Source: Nymphaea colorata (lineage: Eukaryota). From it: a DNA stretch of 64,000 nt. Made by a program: the position numbers and the translations under genes. Numbering within the stretch: the stretch's first letter is position 1; every line of letters starts with the position of its first letter. Positions 1 to 11,912 of this stretch are shown here, piece by piece. The notes under the pieces are model-generated. The model had not been told where the DNA came from, searched no databases, and saw only the letters and a program-made list of their open reading frames with translations. Where the stretch lies: assembly GCF_008831285.2 (NCBI RefSeq), contig NC_045138.2:25420001-25484000 (forward strand). Direction: 5' to 3'.

Positions 1-1039
1 TGCCCATTTTCTTAATGATGGGTGAAAGTGTTTTGAACAAAGACAAGCGGCTTGCCGCATGACATGACATATCAAGCTTTGTTAATTCACGTGTTAAAGT
101 TTCATTTTATGGAAAAAAAAAATAGTTTTAATGGAACAGCTTAGCAATCTTCTCGTCTAGTTAATTAATTGGATGGGCGATCGCAATCTTTATGTAAATT
201 CATTGTTCTCAACTGAATTACGAAGTTAAATAAATGTTATGGCAACAGAACAACTCATTAATTACTGACTGGTTACAATCTTCATGATCTTCGACTGTTC
301 TCCTAATTACTCCGCTGAAAGTTAAATAAACATTTCAGCTATATATGAGGACAACTGAGTATGGCATGGAAAATGTTCCTCCAACTATAGCTAAACTATA
401 ATTTACGTCTTGAATCGACTTGTTAAACAGTTGACCATGAACAGATCATAACAGAATTCAGATTTTCTAATTCTCATATTATGTGAGCTATAATTAAAGA
501 TTCAAGTTTCAAATCTACTTTAGAGGGAAGGAAAGGCATGCATGTTTGAAATTCAACATATTTTAAGCAGGCAAGAATATAATTTCATTTAAATATAAAT
601 TCCGACAAACAAGATGTTCAAAGTTTCTTATTGAAGGTTGCCATGTTCTTTTGTCGCTAATGCAAAATTAATCTGATAAGCCTCAAACGGTATGGTATAT
701 AGCTGGTCAGGCGAGCATGCCAGTGGAAGCTCAATCGCCAGTTTAATTCTCATGAGTGGTATTCTTTTGGACGGTAAACAGAAACTTGCTTAGTGCAAAA
801 GTCCTTCGTTGCTTGTGATGGAGAAAAGATGGTTGATAATGGAGTACATATAAGTCTGGTTACTCTGTTCTAACAAAGAGAAGAGTACAGTGCATGCATT
901 TGCATTTGCTCTCTCAACTAGTCAGTCACACATACTTAATATTCTCAATGTTTGGAAGATAACACCACATTTCCAACTTTATTAGCAGACAAAACACACA
1001 CTTATACACTGAGCATATATGGTAGGGTTATGTGGAGAC

Positions 1040-1471
1040 TCAAGGAAGTCCACCACCAATTCCTCCACCAGCTCCACCACCCAAACCACCGAGCCCACCA
1101 CCACCACCGAAGCCACCCCCACCGCCAGCTCCTAGACCACCGAGCCCACCTCCTGCACCAGCACCTCCACCGAAACCGCCACCAAGCCCTCCAAGTCCAC
1201 CGCCACCACCAAATCCTCCACCACCACCGCCGCCCAGGCCACCACCCAGACCAGCACCACCACCAAAACCTCCACCAATGCCAGCACCACCACCTAAGCC
1301 GCCACCACCACCACCACCAAAGCCCCCTCCTAGTCCTTGAGGATGGAACCATTTTTGATCCTCAAAAGAGGAGGCATGATCTTCACCCAGTAGCTTCCTG
1401 GCACTGACATGTAGTGCAAGAAGTGCAATCACTAGGAAGATAAGCTTTCCTCCATGAATAGGCTGAGCCAT
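1040..1471 (-). CDS. Secreted glycine-rich cell-wall structural protein (GRP-A), intronless, 143 aa
   Basis: ATG..TGA ORF with a hydrophobic signal peptide (LIFLVIALLALHVSA|RK), short spacer FEDQKWF, then GGGxG repeats. TATAAAT lies ~90 bp upstream on the minus strand. Confidence 0.9.
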   Translation of the reverse strand: MAQPIHGGKLIFLVIALLALHVSARKLLGEDHASSFEDQKWFHPQGLGGGFGGGGGGGLGGGAGIGGGFGGGAGLGGGLGGGGGGGFGGGGGLGGLGGGFGGGAGAGGGLGGLGAGGGGGFGGGGGLGGLGGGAGGGIGGGLP

Positions 1472-1560
1472 CGTGTCTCTCCTCTCCTTTCCTTCACTGC
1501 CAGCAGTGTGAGAAAGGGTCTGTATGGGTGAGTGAGGAGCTTGGAGAAACGTAGGGTTGG

Positions 1561-1567
1561 ATTTATA
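1561..1567 (-). promoter_or_regulatory. TATA box of GRP-A
   Basis: Plus-strand atttata reads TATAAAT on the minus strand, ~90 nt upstream of ATG 1471. Confidence 0.6.
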
Positions 1568-2930
1568 GAGATGGACGGTTGGGGTGGCCTTTAATGCTCA
1601 GCAAGAATCCGTGTGGCGGTAGCTTGAATAACTGCGATATCGTCTTCCCTGCCACCAAAACTCGATAGGTGAAAGGAGGTTCACTGTTTCATCCACTTGG
1701 ACGTTCTCATGTTCAACTTCTTTTCCCCTCCTCTTCTTTCTTCCAGCTTTAATGTTGTGATGCTTACAGCTATCTAGTGAACCCCCAACGCTCATAATTA
1801 ATCCAAGAGTTCTCTCTTTCTCTCAAGTTGCATTCTTATCATTGTTCGATCCACTGCGTGCATGCAATAATGCAACACGCCATGGTTTAGTAAAGGATTA
1901 AGTGAAGAAATGAACTGATAAGGATCAGCTTTGACGTGGTCTAAATCCCTAAACAATCATGCAGTTTTAGTTCCCTATACAAATCCAAGACCCAATCTGT
2001 AGTTCATTTGTGGAATTCAGCATTGGAAAATACTTTGAGAATGTTGCAGACGTTCAATCAATTGGTGCTTCTATCAGTTGCAGACGCTCGCGTGTCTGTG
2101 AAGAAGACTACTTGGTAAGCTGCCCTTTAACTAAGAAAGCTATGGTTAAGCCTCAGGCACACCAAATAACGAAGGCAACACCATGAAAAGTTGAGGGTGC
2201 AACGGTGGCAGTAACCAAACTTGATGTTCATCCTCGCCTTGGACATCTGGGTCGTGATTTTAATGACGCATCACAATTGAGAGAATTGATTTTCGATGCA
2301 TTTATGGTCATTTGTTCTTAAAATAAATGAGAAAGTTTAATTTTACCGGCTCATAGACAACAATGCACAAGGAAACACTGTTCAAATCAATGATCATCAT
2401 AATTGAATATCTTTTTTTTTTTTTTACAGTCTTAGCAATCTTTTTCTTGTGCAGTAAAATTTGCAACTCTCGATCATTTCTAATACGATCAATTAATTTC
2501 CTGTTTATTCAGTATGCATGTCTCAGTTATTGGCTAGTTCCCCCTTTCAAAATGCCAGAATAAATGTATGTTCACATGTGACAGAGGGAAAACAGCAAGC
2601 GGAGCCAAAACTACAGTCCGTAAACAAGCAGCATGCAGTTGTTTTGTATAAATTAATTAACGCATTTATTCTTTTTTTATCAGCAAAAAAAATGGTGGCT
2701 CGTTATAAAACTTGCTGAAGAAGGATCACCAGATCAGATCATTCACTGCAAGGACGAGTACTGTTTTGCCAAAATTTTATAAATGGAATAACAAAAAAAA
2801 GTCAAGTTTTGAATTTTTTTATTTAACTGCCCATATTACATATAAAATGCACAAAACCATGTGTCATGATATGAAAAATGACAAAAAACACCCTTATTGG
2901 TTAAATGGACGAACCATCTGTCCACACAAC

Positions 2931-3087
2931 TAGGGGCGAAGCAAGGGAGGGCAGTTTTTGAAAATTTACATCTAATTTTTAAAAAAATGTTTATCTTATA
3001 TAAAAATCTTGAAAATTGACATTTCGGTCCTTGTCAAAAATTTTAAACTATAATCTAAACCCTCTTAAAAAAAATTACTGGATCCAC
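2931..3087. mobile_element. Degenerate MITE (TAGGGGCG...-type), related to the host element at 62752-63249
   Basis: Starts taggggcgaagcaagggaggg. AT-rich core with ttgaaaatt...aaaaatttt motifs shared with 63135-63205. Ends aaaaaattactggatcc. No clean TSD. Confidence 0.35.
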
Positions 3088-3773
3088 ATAAAAGAGAGTG
3101 GAGACCCTCCTTAAAAAATCATAGTAAACTTACCAAAAAAAAAAAAAAAAACTCCGCTAACGTTTTTGTTCTTCTCTCGTTAGCAACATACAATAAAATG
3201 TGCTGTATGCAAACAGGTAGTTAAATGAAATAAATATAAATTTATTTTCTTGATGAGTTATACAACTAACTCGAGTTTGTTTTGTAAAAAGTTTTTCTGC
3301 AAATGCCTTTCTCTATTTGATTGGTACTCCATCAAAAGTCGGCTAATTGATACTTTAAAGAATGTCAGTGCGCTTATGATCTAAACCACAGATTTTTGTC
3401 CTGCATTTATTATCATAGATATTGACGTTATTTTGAGATTGTTTTAAAGCAAAAAATAGCCAGAAATGGGCCAAATGGCCGGTCATGTCTGGAGTCCCCA
3501 TCGCACGATGCCTCATCTCAAGACTCACCATCGTGAGACGCTCGCGATGCATTTTCTGGGGAAAAACACACAAAGACAAGTTTTTCTATCTTCATAATTT
3601 GGATTTTGAATCACAGCCTTCGTCTTAATATGTTCCAAATTTGTGTTTATGGACGACATTAAAAGAGTTAAGCTCAAATCCTGCCTTATCAGCTATGCTG
3701 AGAGCTTGGGCCGGTTAGTTAACTTTCATACAGACAAGTTGGGCTGAGTTGACAATTGAGAGCCCGACTTAGC

Positions 3774-3890
3774 CCAATATATCCATTTGAATTTCATTTT
3801 TCTACAATTTTTATTTTACTATTATGAGCGAGTCCAATACATCCATTTGAATTTTATTTTTTTATAATTTTTATTTTACTATTATGAGCG
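3774..3890. repeat. 60-bp tandem duplication (2 copies)
   Basis: ccaata(t/c)atccatttgaattt...ttattttactattatgagcg occurs twice at a 60-nt period. Confidence 0.85.
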
Positions 3891-5245
3891 TAAAGTTGAT
3901 GGTCGTAACTAAGCAAGCCTACTAGCAATAACAAGGGCTTGGGCCTACCCAAGCCCGCTGATGCCCAGCCAGCCCTACCCTTAGGTATTGATGTTGATGG
4001 TTTGCAAGCAAAATCTACAAAAACTATTTACCGTAACCTCTTATCTTCCACGATAGATTGAAAAACTCATAATATTCTTAAAGTAAGCTCACGACCTTCA
4101 GTTTTCAAAATACTGATTTAAAAATTTGAGATTGTAAACTTATTTGCACATGAAACCAAGCTTTGTACAAAGTAGTCCAACTTGTGCTTGTAGAATAAAT
4201 ACAAAACTCATTTGCCATAAATGACCAGTAATGAATCATGCTGTAATGATTGCGACTAGTATTATTAGATGCTGCAGCTGATTGTGAAGAGTCCTCTCTT
4301 TTTTTTCTCTCTCTCTCTCTCCCTTTATTTATAAGTACACCGACTTAAAATCTTTAACCCTTCATTGATGACTCTTAAATACTCTTCTGCCCTCTACATC
4401 ACTAAAGTTTTTTGAGATATTAAAATATAAAATGTAAAGTGAAGAAAGTCTATGTAAGAATATCATGGATTTCAATTAATTTGTTAGAACACAGGCGTTG
4501 AACTTTGAACTCATGGATTAATGATAGGTGAGTCAATTAGTTGCTACGTAGTAAAAGAAAGCAGACTTTTGCCTTTGCCGACACAGGTCATCCATGGAGC
4601 GTTGACCCAAAGTCTGGCGTTGTAAGTAAGCATTAATGGCTTCTCATCCTTCTTCCCTTCTGTCAGTCTTACTATCTTTTTTCTTTTTTATTTATCTTCT
4701 TCCTCTGTTGCGTGCTCGTGCAACCAAATTTTGGCAAAAATGAATCCAGTTAAAATATACTATATGCTAAAATCACATAATCACTATTGCATTGTTTCAT
4801 GATAAGCGCAGCAACACTTTTGTTAATGATGTGCTACCTTAATATAAAGGTAAAAATGATTTTATGCTTAATACTTTTTCACTAAGTAAATATTAAAACA
4901 TATCATATTAAAATGCACAAATGCTATTGTTTCAAAAAATGTTAATGGTGCCATATTAGTTTGCTTGCCGATACGGCGTATGGACGATGTACCTGCCGTA
5001 TCACCCTCTTTTTATTTCATGAATCTAAAAATAAATTAAAAGATCTTGAATTGGTTTAAAAAAAATTTTTAAAAAAAATGAAAAGCTACTTAAGGGACAA
5101 TAGAAAATCATAATCCAACGGGAAAATTTTGCCGTCCGTAAAAGTTAAATCACTCTGCAGTCGGGCTCCACGATACTTAATATGATCGACTCATCTCCAG
5201 CTAGTGGCTTACAAGAGATTAATCTCTTTCTCTCTCCATTTGTGT

Positions 5246-5472
<227 letters not shown>

Positions 5473-5810
5473 ATAGGACTATGATATAAAAATATGGCAA
5501 CAAAGAAAAAAGCAAGTCAAAACAATCTTTGGTACAATTCTCTTGAGTCCGTCCAGTTGACTACAGTTGAAATTACTAATGGTGTCGATTATCGATCTCG
5601 CTTGGTGAAAAGAGGGAAGAAAGATGAGAGAAAAGTTGATCAGGTCATGAGGAGCGGCTCCCTTTTCTTGCTGGATGCGAATTTAATGTATGGGGTCACT
5701 TTCCCAACTGTGGGTTTACGCGGAAATGGATCTTCGCATTCAATGTCGACCATCCGGAAGCGTGTGTCAGTATGCATGCCACAAAGAAAAAAGGAGAAAG
5801 AAAGAATCGC

Positions 5811-5817
5811 TATAAAA
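5811..5817 (+). promoter_or_regulatory. TATA box of GRP-B
   Basis: TATAAAA 85 nt upstream of ATG 5896. Confidence 0.65.
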
Positions 5818-5895
5818 GAAGAAGGCTTTCCGTAGCAGACAACACGCTAGACAAGCAAGCAGTCCTGTGCTTCTGCTCTTGTGACAGAAGCTGCA

Positions 5896-7134
5896 ATGGC
5901 TTCTCCTGCGGGAAGACGCCTGGTGCTGGTGGCTCTCGCTGTGCTCGTTGCTCTCTGTGTTGGTCAAGTCGGTGCAAGAACTGTTCCTGATGACGAGAAG
6001 TTTTTTCACGATCCGGACGGCTTCGGGGGCCATTTCCGGGGTCCTGGATACGGATATGGCGGCGGCCCTGGCTTTGGCTATGGCCCGCATTGCCGGTTCT
6101 GGAAGCGCTGCGGTCCATACGGGGGTCGCCCTGGCCATGGATTTGGAGGTCGTCCTTGGGGTGGATACGGCCACCGTGGTGGGTTTGGCGGAGGGGTCGG
6201 AGGTGGAGCAGGTGGCGGTTTTGGGGGAGGTATCGGAGGTGGTGTAGGTGGTGGTTTTGGTGGTGGCGGTGGTGCTGGTGGTGGGCTTGGCGGAGGTGCC
6301 GGAGGTGGCTTTGGTGGTGGCGGTGGTGCTGGAGGTGGGCTTGGCGGAGGTGCTGGAGGTGGCTTTGGTGGTGGCGGTGGTGCTGGAGGTGGGCTTGGCG
6401 GAGGCGCAGGAGGTGGTGCAGGTGGTGGCTTTGGTGGTGGCGGTGGAGCTGGTGGTGGGCTTGGCGGAGGTGCTGGTGGTGGCTTTGGTGGTGGCGGTGG
6501 TGCAGGAGGTGGGCTTGGTGGAGGTGCCGGAGGTGGTGCTGGTGGTGGGCTCGGAGGTGGAGGAGGTGGTGGTCTTGGTGGAGGTGCTGGAGGCGGTGCA
6601 GGTGGTGGCTTTGGTGGTGGCGGTGGTGCTGGTGGTGGGCTTGGAGGTGGAGCAGGTGGTGGATTTGGTGGAGGTGCTGGAGGTGGTGGAGGTGGTGGGC
6701 TTGGTGGAGGTGCTGGAGGCGGTGCAGGTGGTGGCTTTGGTGGTGGGTTGGGAGGCGGAGCAGGTGGCGGGTTTGGTGGAGGTGCTGGAGGTGGTGCAGG
6801 TGGTGGGTTGGGAGGTGGAGCAGGTGGTGGATATGGAAAAGGGGGTGGTTTGGGCGGAGGTGTTGGAGGTGGCGTAGGTGGTGGTGGTGGATTTGGAGGA
6901 GGTGGTGGTGGTGGAGTAGGCGGAGGATCTGGCGGTGGTTTTGGAGCTGGCGGCGGTGCCGGTGGTGGTGCTGGTGGAGGCGTTGGTGGGGGTGGTGGCC
7001 TTGGAGGAGGGCATGGTGTTGGTGGAGGTTTCGGAATTGGCATAGGAGTTGGATTCGGTGGTGGAGTTGGTGGTGGTGCTGGAGGGGGTGCTGGTGGTGG
7101 TGCAGGAGGCGGATTTGGTGGTGGAGGTCGATAG
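5896..7134 (+). CDS. Secreted glycine-rich cell-wall structural protein (GRP-B), intronless, 412 aa
   Basis: ATG in gcaATGg context, signal peptide (LVLVALAVLVALCVGQVGA|RT), DDEKFF spacer, CRFWKRC motif, long GGGAGGG(F/L) repeats, TAG at 7132-7134. Confidence 0.92.
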   Translation: MASPAGRRLVLVALAVLVALCVGQVGARTVPDDEKFFHDPDGFGGHFRGPGYGYGGGPGFGYGPHCRFWKRCGPYGGRPGHGFGGRPWGGYGHRGGFGGGVGGGAGGGFGGGIGGGVGGGFGGGGGAGGGLGGGAGGGFGGGGGAGGGLGGGAGGGFGGGGGAGGGLGGGAGGGAGGGFGGGGGAGGGLGGGAGGGFGGGGGAGGGLGGGAGGGAGGGLGGGGGGGLGGGAGGGAGGGFGGGGGAGGGLGGGAGGGFGGGAGGGGGGGLGGGAGGGAGGGFGGGLGGGAGGGFGGGAGGGAGGGLGGGAGGGYGKGGGLGGGVGGGVGGGGGFGGGGGGGVGGGSGGGFGAGGGAGGGAGGGVGGGGGLGGGHGVGGGFGIGIGVGFGGGVGGGAGGGAGGGAGGGFGGGGR

Positions 7135-7630
7135 TTTAATTACCAAATATTTGAAGTATGTTTCCAAAAAATATATGCCATTGTTTGTTGTAATGTTCTG
7201 AACGTCATGTTCTCATTGCATATTAAGTGTTTTTTGCAGTCATTAATATTGTAAAGTCTTGGTTGGGAGTTTCTGTGCTTGGTAATTCAAGAACGAGTAT
7301 CGGACACTTGTAAGCAAAAGGGAGTAACATTATGGCAGTCCATGTGATCTTGGCAGTGCATGTTCAGAATTCCCAACTGATTTATTATCCAGCAAGGTGA
7401 AAAAACAAGCTTTTTAACTTCTTAAAGCTGCTTTTGTTTTCACTTTGGAATTCAAATTTGATGAAGTTACTTCACAAAAAAATTAATGGCAGCTTGATGC
7501 AATGGGATTATATATCACAAAAATTAACTCCTCATTTAAAGACGATGGCCCATGCATGTTTTCCATTAGATCTCCGCCCCCCAAAACTCGGCCACCAAAT
7601 ATTCTAGAGATGAGATAGAGGAAAAAAATA

Positions 7631-8280
7631 TGGCAAAAACCAGACACTAATTAGGTTAGGGATAAAACCAGACCATTTATTTTCTTGACAAAAAATTATG
7701 ATAAATAAAATATAAACATCTTAATATATTTAAAAACAATTATTATGATGTAAAACATATTTTGACTCAAAGTTATTTTTTCTTTATTATAAAAACGCTA
7801 TTATAGCTTAAAAAATGATCAACTTAATATGTATTTTACATCAACCTATCCTTAAGATCATAGTGTCAGGATGGATAAAAAAAACACTTTAAATAACATA
7901 TTTAAATAATTGGGTTTTTGTCCCTGACCAATGTTTCTATTTGAGTGATTGGTAGAAACCAAACACAGAGGTCAAAGATAAAAACCAGACCCTTTGATTT
8001 TGATTTCCAAATTTTTTTTTTGCAATATAACCTTGTTCATATAATCTTAAGAATTGGTTGATGCAAAAAATATATTTTTTAAAATAACAAAATGAATGGC
8101 CCTCAGGACATGATAATAAAAAAAAATAACATTTTTCATTAAAACGACTTGAATCAAAGCATGTTTTATGTATGTTTTATGTCAAAATAGTCTTTATAAA
8201 CATATCAAGATGTTTATATGCTATAATAAAAAATCAAAAGGTCTGTTTTTTAGCTCGGACCTAAGTATCTGATTTTCATC
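7631..8280. mobile_element. Two adjacent degenerate TIR MITEs (~7631-7945 and ~7951-8280), present only in duplication unit 1
   Basis: Left-end motif aaaaccagacact...gataaaaccagacc at 7635 and ~7955. Its reverse complement occurs at ~7911-7940 and 8240-8280. AT-rich interiors. No TSD identified. Confidence 0.5.
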
Positions 8281-9116
8281 AAATTCTTTCTCTCTCTTTT
8301 GATATATATATTTTCATTTATACGCATCCATAGTAGTTAAGAAAAAGATATAAACTAATATCAAGTAATGAAAATGACCATCTTCCTTTTTTCTCTGCCG
8401 CTTCATTCTCATCAGAAATCGCCATTTAAGTCCCATAATGAAGCAATCAATTTTTAAACCATCATTATGTTAGATAATAACGACCTAATGATGGTTTTAG
8501 TTAGATGGCTGGTCATAGCCGATCCTCTCGACATAGAAAACATAAATTTTTCTATCCCTTTTAGACGATCTTGAGATTTGCAGAGAAATATTTTTCCTTC
8601 ATAATGGGATTGAAGATGAGGGAGGTAGTCAACAACGAGACATCCCTGGCTTGACGTGACATTTACTGGATAAGCGTCTACGCAATGTCAGAACCCAAAC
8701 GCCTTTTAAGTGAAACTGATTATTAATGCAAGAGAAACGTTCATTAATACGAGTAATATAAAACTATTTACGAGATGAACACAGGACATCTAATTCAAGT
8801 GTGAAGTAGGCCAGCCAGTGTTGGCCATTTGGCTGTAGTTGAAACATTTACCATAGTTTCCTTTTAACCTCAAAGCAAGGCACGACATGTTAATTATACT
8901 CCTTATCTACATGTATTGGGTTTTTCACTCACCTTTGCATTACATAAATATAACTGTGCATATAATCAGGTTAGAGTTCAAAAAAACGTCATTGAATAAC
9001 CTTTGTCTTTTATTCTAAAGGCAGGTCGCTTATTCCTGAATTCCTTGACATTGGCGATGTTTTTAAAAACTTTGAGAAAAGGATTAGCTTAATACCCACC
9101 ACCCTGGAAAACGTGA

Positions 9117-9222
9117 TATTCTAAAATTTCTTATTTTTTCTTTAAACAAAAGGAAAAAAAAGAAGCTGTCTATTTTAAAATTTCTTATTTTTTCTTTAAA
9201 CAAAAGGAAAAAAGAAGCTGTC
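9117..9222. repeat. ~55-bp tandem duplication
   Basis: taaaatttcttattttttctttaaacaaaaggaaaaaa(aa)gaagctgtc occurs twice. Confidence 0.85.
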
Positions 9223-10125
9223 GCGTGTCTGTACTGATACCAAGAGCTAGAGAATTTATTGGTAAGAAACTAGGAATCAATAGTGTATTTTTCTAAATTA
9301 GATAAAGGTAAAATTAATTTATCCAAGGCGACTGCCCACGCTAATACTATGGCCGGTGACTGAAAACTCGAAGCAAGTATGAACGGGTATGACCTTGCTG
9401 GTTTCATGCCCAAGGTCGTTAAAATAACCACATAAGTAAACGTTAACATGCATCATATTCAAATGGAAACATTCAATGTTATTGTCCAAAACGTATTTTT
9501 AAATATCTTGAATTGGTTTAAAGATAAAAATTGAAAACTGTAAATAAGTACATATTTTGTAGTAGTGTAGATACAATAAAAGAGGAACCCTTTGGAAAAA
9601 TTATGTCCGAAAAAGGTAAACCACTCTGCAGTTGGGCTCCAGGATACTTAATATGGTTGACTCATCTCCAGCAACTGGCGTATAAGAGATCAAGCACTCT
9701 CTCTCTCTCTCTCTCTCCATGTGATAGGGAACCATGATATAAAAATATGGCAACAAAGAAGAAAGCACGTCCAAACAATCTTGGGCACAATTCTCTTGGG
9801 TCCAGTTGACAATGGTGAAGATTTTCCATCTCTCGTGGTGAAAAGAGGGAATAAAGATGAGAGAGAAGAGGTGATCAGCTCATGAGGATCGTCTTTCGTT
9901 TTCTTGCTGGACGTGAATTTAATGCATGGGGGGGACACTCTCCCAACTGTGGATTTATGCGGAGATGGATCTTTGGATTCAATTCCGCAAGCGTCTGTCT
10001 GTATGCATGCCACAAAGAAAAAGGAGAAAGAAAGAATCGCAATAAAAGAAGAAGGCTTTCCGTAGCAGACAACACGCTAGACAAGCAAGCAGTCCTGTGC
10101 TTCTGCTCTTGTGACAGAAGCTGCA

Positions 10126-11166
10126 ATGGCTTCTCCTGCGGGAAGACTCCTGGTGCTGGTGGCTCTCGCGGTGCTCTTTGTTCTCTGTTTTGGTCAAGTC
10201 GGTGCAAGAACTGTTCCTGATGACGAGAAGTTTTTTCAAGAGGACCGTCTTTTCCTGCGCCCTGGTTTTGGAGTTGGCCGCCCTGGGTTTGGCTTTGGCC
10301 GGCGTTGCCGGTTCTTGAGGCGCTGCGGCCCATTCGGGGGTCGCCCTGGCCTTAGATTTGGAGGTGGTCCTTGGGGTGGATTCGGCCACCGTGGTGGGCT
10401 TGGTGGAGGTGGGCTAGGTGGTAGGTTTGGTGGAGGTGCCGGAGGTGGGCTAGGTGGTAGGTTTGGTGGAGGTGCGGGAGGTGGACTAGGTGGTAGGTTT
10501 GGTGGAGGTGCCGGAGGTGGACCAGGTGGTAGGTTTGGTGGAGGTGCCGGAGGCGGTGCAGGTAGTGGGCTTGGTGGTGGTGCCGGAAGCGGCTTGGGTG
10601 GTGGCGGTGGTGGGCTCGGAGGTGGACTAGGTGGAGGGTTTGGTGGAGGTGCCGGGGGCGGTACAGGTAGTGGGCTCGGAGGTGGTGCTGGTGGTGGGCT
10701 TGGAGGTGGACTAGGTGGTGGATTTGGAGGAGGCTCTGGAGGCGGTGCAGGTAGTGGGCTTGGTGGAGGTGGCTTCGGTGGTAGCGGTGGTGCTGGTGGT
10801 GGGCTCGGAGGTGGAGCAGGTGGCGGATATGGAGAAGGAGGCGGCGAAGGTGGTGGTGGTGGTGGAGAAGGAGGTGGTGAAGGTGGGGGTGGTGGAGAAG
10901 GAGGTGGCGAAGGTGGTGGTGGAGAGGGTGGGGGTGGTGGAGAAGGAGGTGGCCAAGGTGGGGGTGGTGGAGCAGGCGAAGGTGGTGGTGGACAAGGAGG
11001 TGGAGAAGGTGGGGGTGGAGCAGGTGGTTTTGGTGCCAGTGGTGGCGCTGGAAGTGGCATTGGTGAAGGTGGTGGCGATGGAGGAGGCGCTGGCGGCGGT
11101 GCTGGAGCAGGTAAAGGGCTTGGCGCTGGTGGTGGCGGCGGCCTTGGAGGTGGCAGAGGACGGTAG
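10126..11166 (+). CDS. Secreted glycine-rich protein (GRP-C), tandem paralog of GRP-B, 346 aa
   Basis: Signal peptide and DDEKFF nearly identical to GRP-B, CRFLRRC motif, GGRFGGGAGGGL repeats followed by acidic GGEG repeats, TAG at 11164-11166. Confidence 0.9.
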   Translation: MASPAGRLLVLVALAVLFVLCFGQVGARTVPDDEKFFQEDRLFLRPGFGVGRPGFGFGRRCRFLRRCGPFGGRPGLRFGGGPWGGFGHRGGLGGGGLGGRFGGGAGGGLGGRFGGGAGGGLGGRFGGGAGGGPGGRFGGGAGGGAGSGLGGGAGSGLGGGGGGLGGGLGGGFGGGAGGGTGSGLGGGAGGGLGGGLGGGFGGGSGGGAGSGLGGGGFGGSGGAGGGLGGGAGGGYGEGGGEGGGGGGEGGGEGGGGGEGGGEGGGGEGGGGGEGGGQGGGGGAGEGGGGQGGGEGGGGAGGFGASGGAGSGIGEGGGDGGGAGGGAGAGKGLGAGGGGGLGGGRGR

Positions 11167-11860
11167 TTTAATTACCAAATAATTCAATTACGTTTCCAAG
11201 TAATATGCCACCATTTGTTGTAACGTTTTAAAAATTATGTTCTCATTGCAGATTAAGCGTGTTTTTTCACACATTAATATTGTATAGTCTGGGGAGTTTT
11301 TGTGCTTGGTAATGCAATAACGAATTTCTGTCACTTGTAAGCAAAAGTGAATACATTATGACATTCCATGCGATCAGTTTGCTTGATAGTGCATGATGAG
11401 AATTCCCAGTTGATTTATTATCCAACAAGGTGAAAAGAAAAACTTTTTAAAGCAACTTTTATTTTCACGTCGACTCACATTCAAGTTACTTCACAAAAAT
11501 TAATGGCAGCATGAAGCAATGGGATTATCACGCTTTATCATTAACTCCTCTTTCAAAGACGATGGTTCCATGGATGTTTTTTGTTAGATCCCCCCAAAAC
11601 TCGACCACCAAATATTCTTTGAGATGATGCATACTTAGGACCACCTTCTATGTTCGCCCCCCAACATGCTCAGGGGCCTTCTTATTTGCCATTGCCCCTT
11701 CCGGTGGTGGGCCTAAAATTTAAGTCGCTTCAATATATATCAGTCAATGAAAGTTAAGAGTGCAATCATGTTGCATAGTTGAACTCTAGATCTTGTTCTA
11801 TATAACATGCATAGTTAAAATACTTCACCTGTGGAACTAGTACTAACTGTTCTGACTGAA

Positions 11861-11911
<51 letters not shown>
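11861..11911. repeat. Compound (TC)n(TA)n microsatellite
   Basis: Direct reading. Confidence 0.9.
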
Positions 11912-11912
<1 letters not shown>

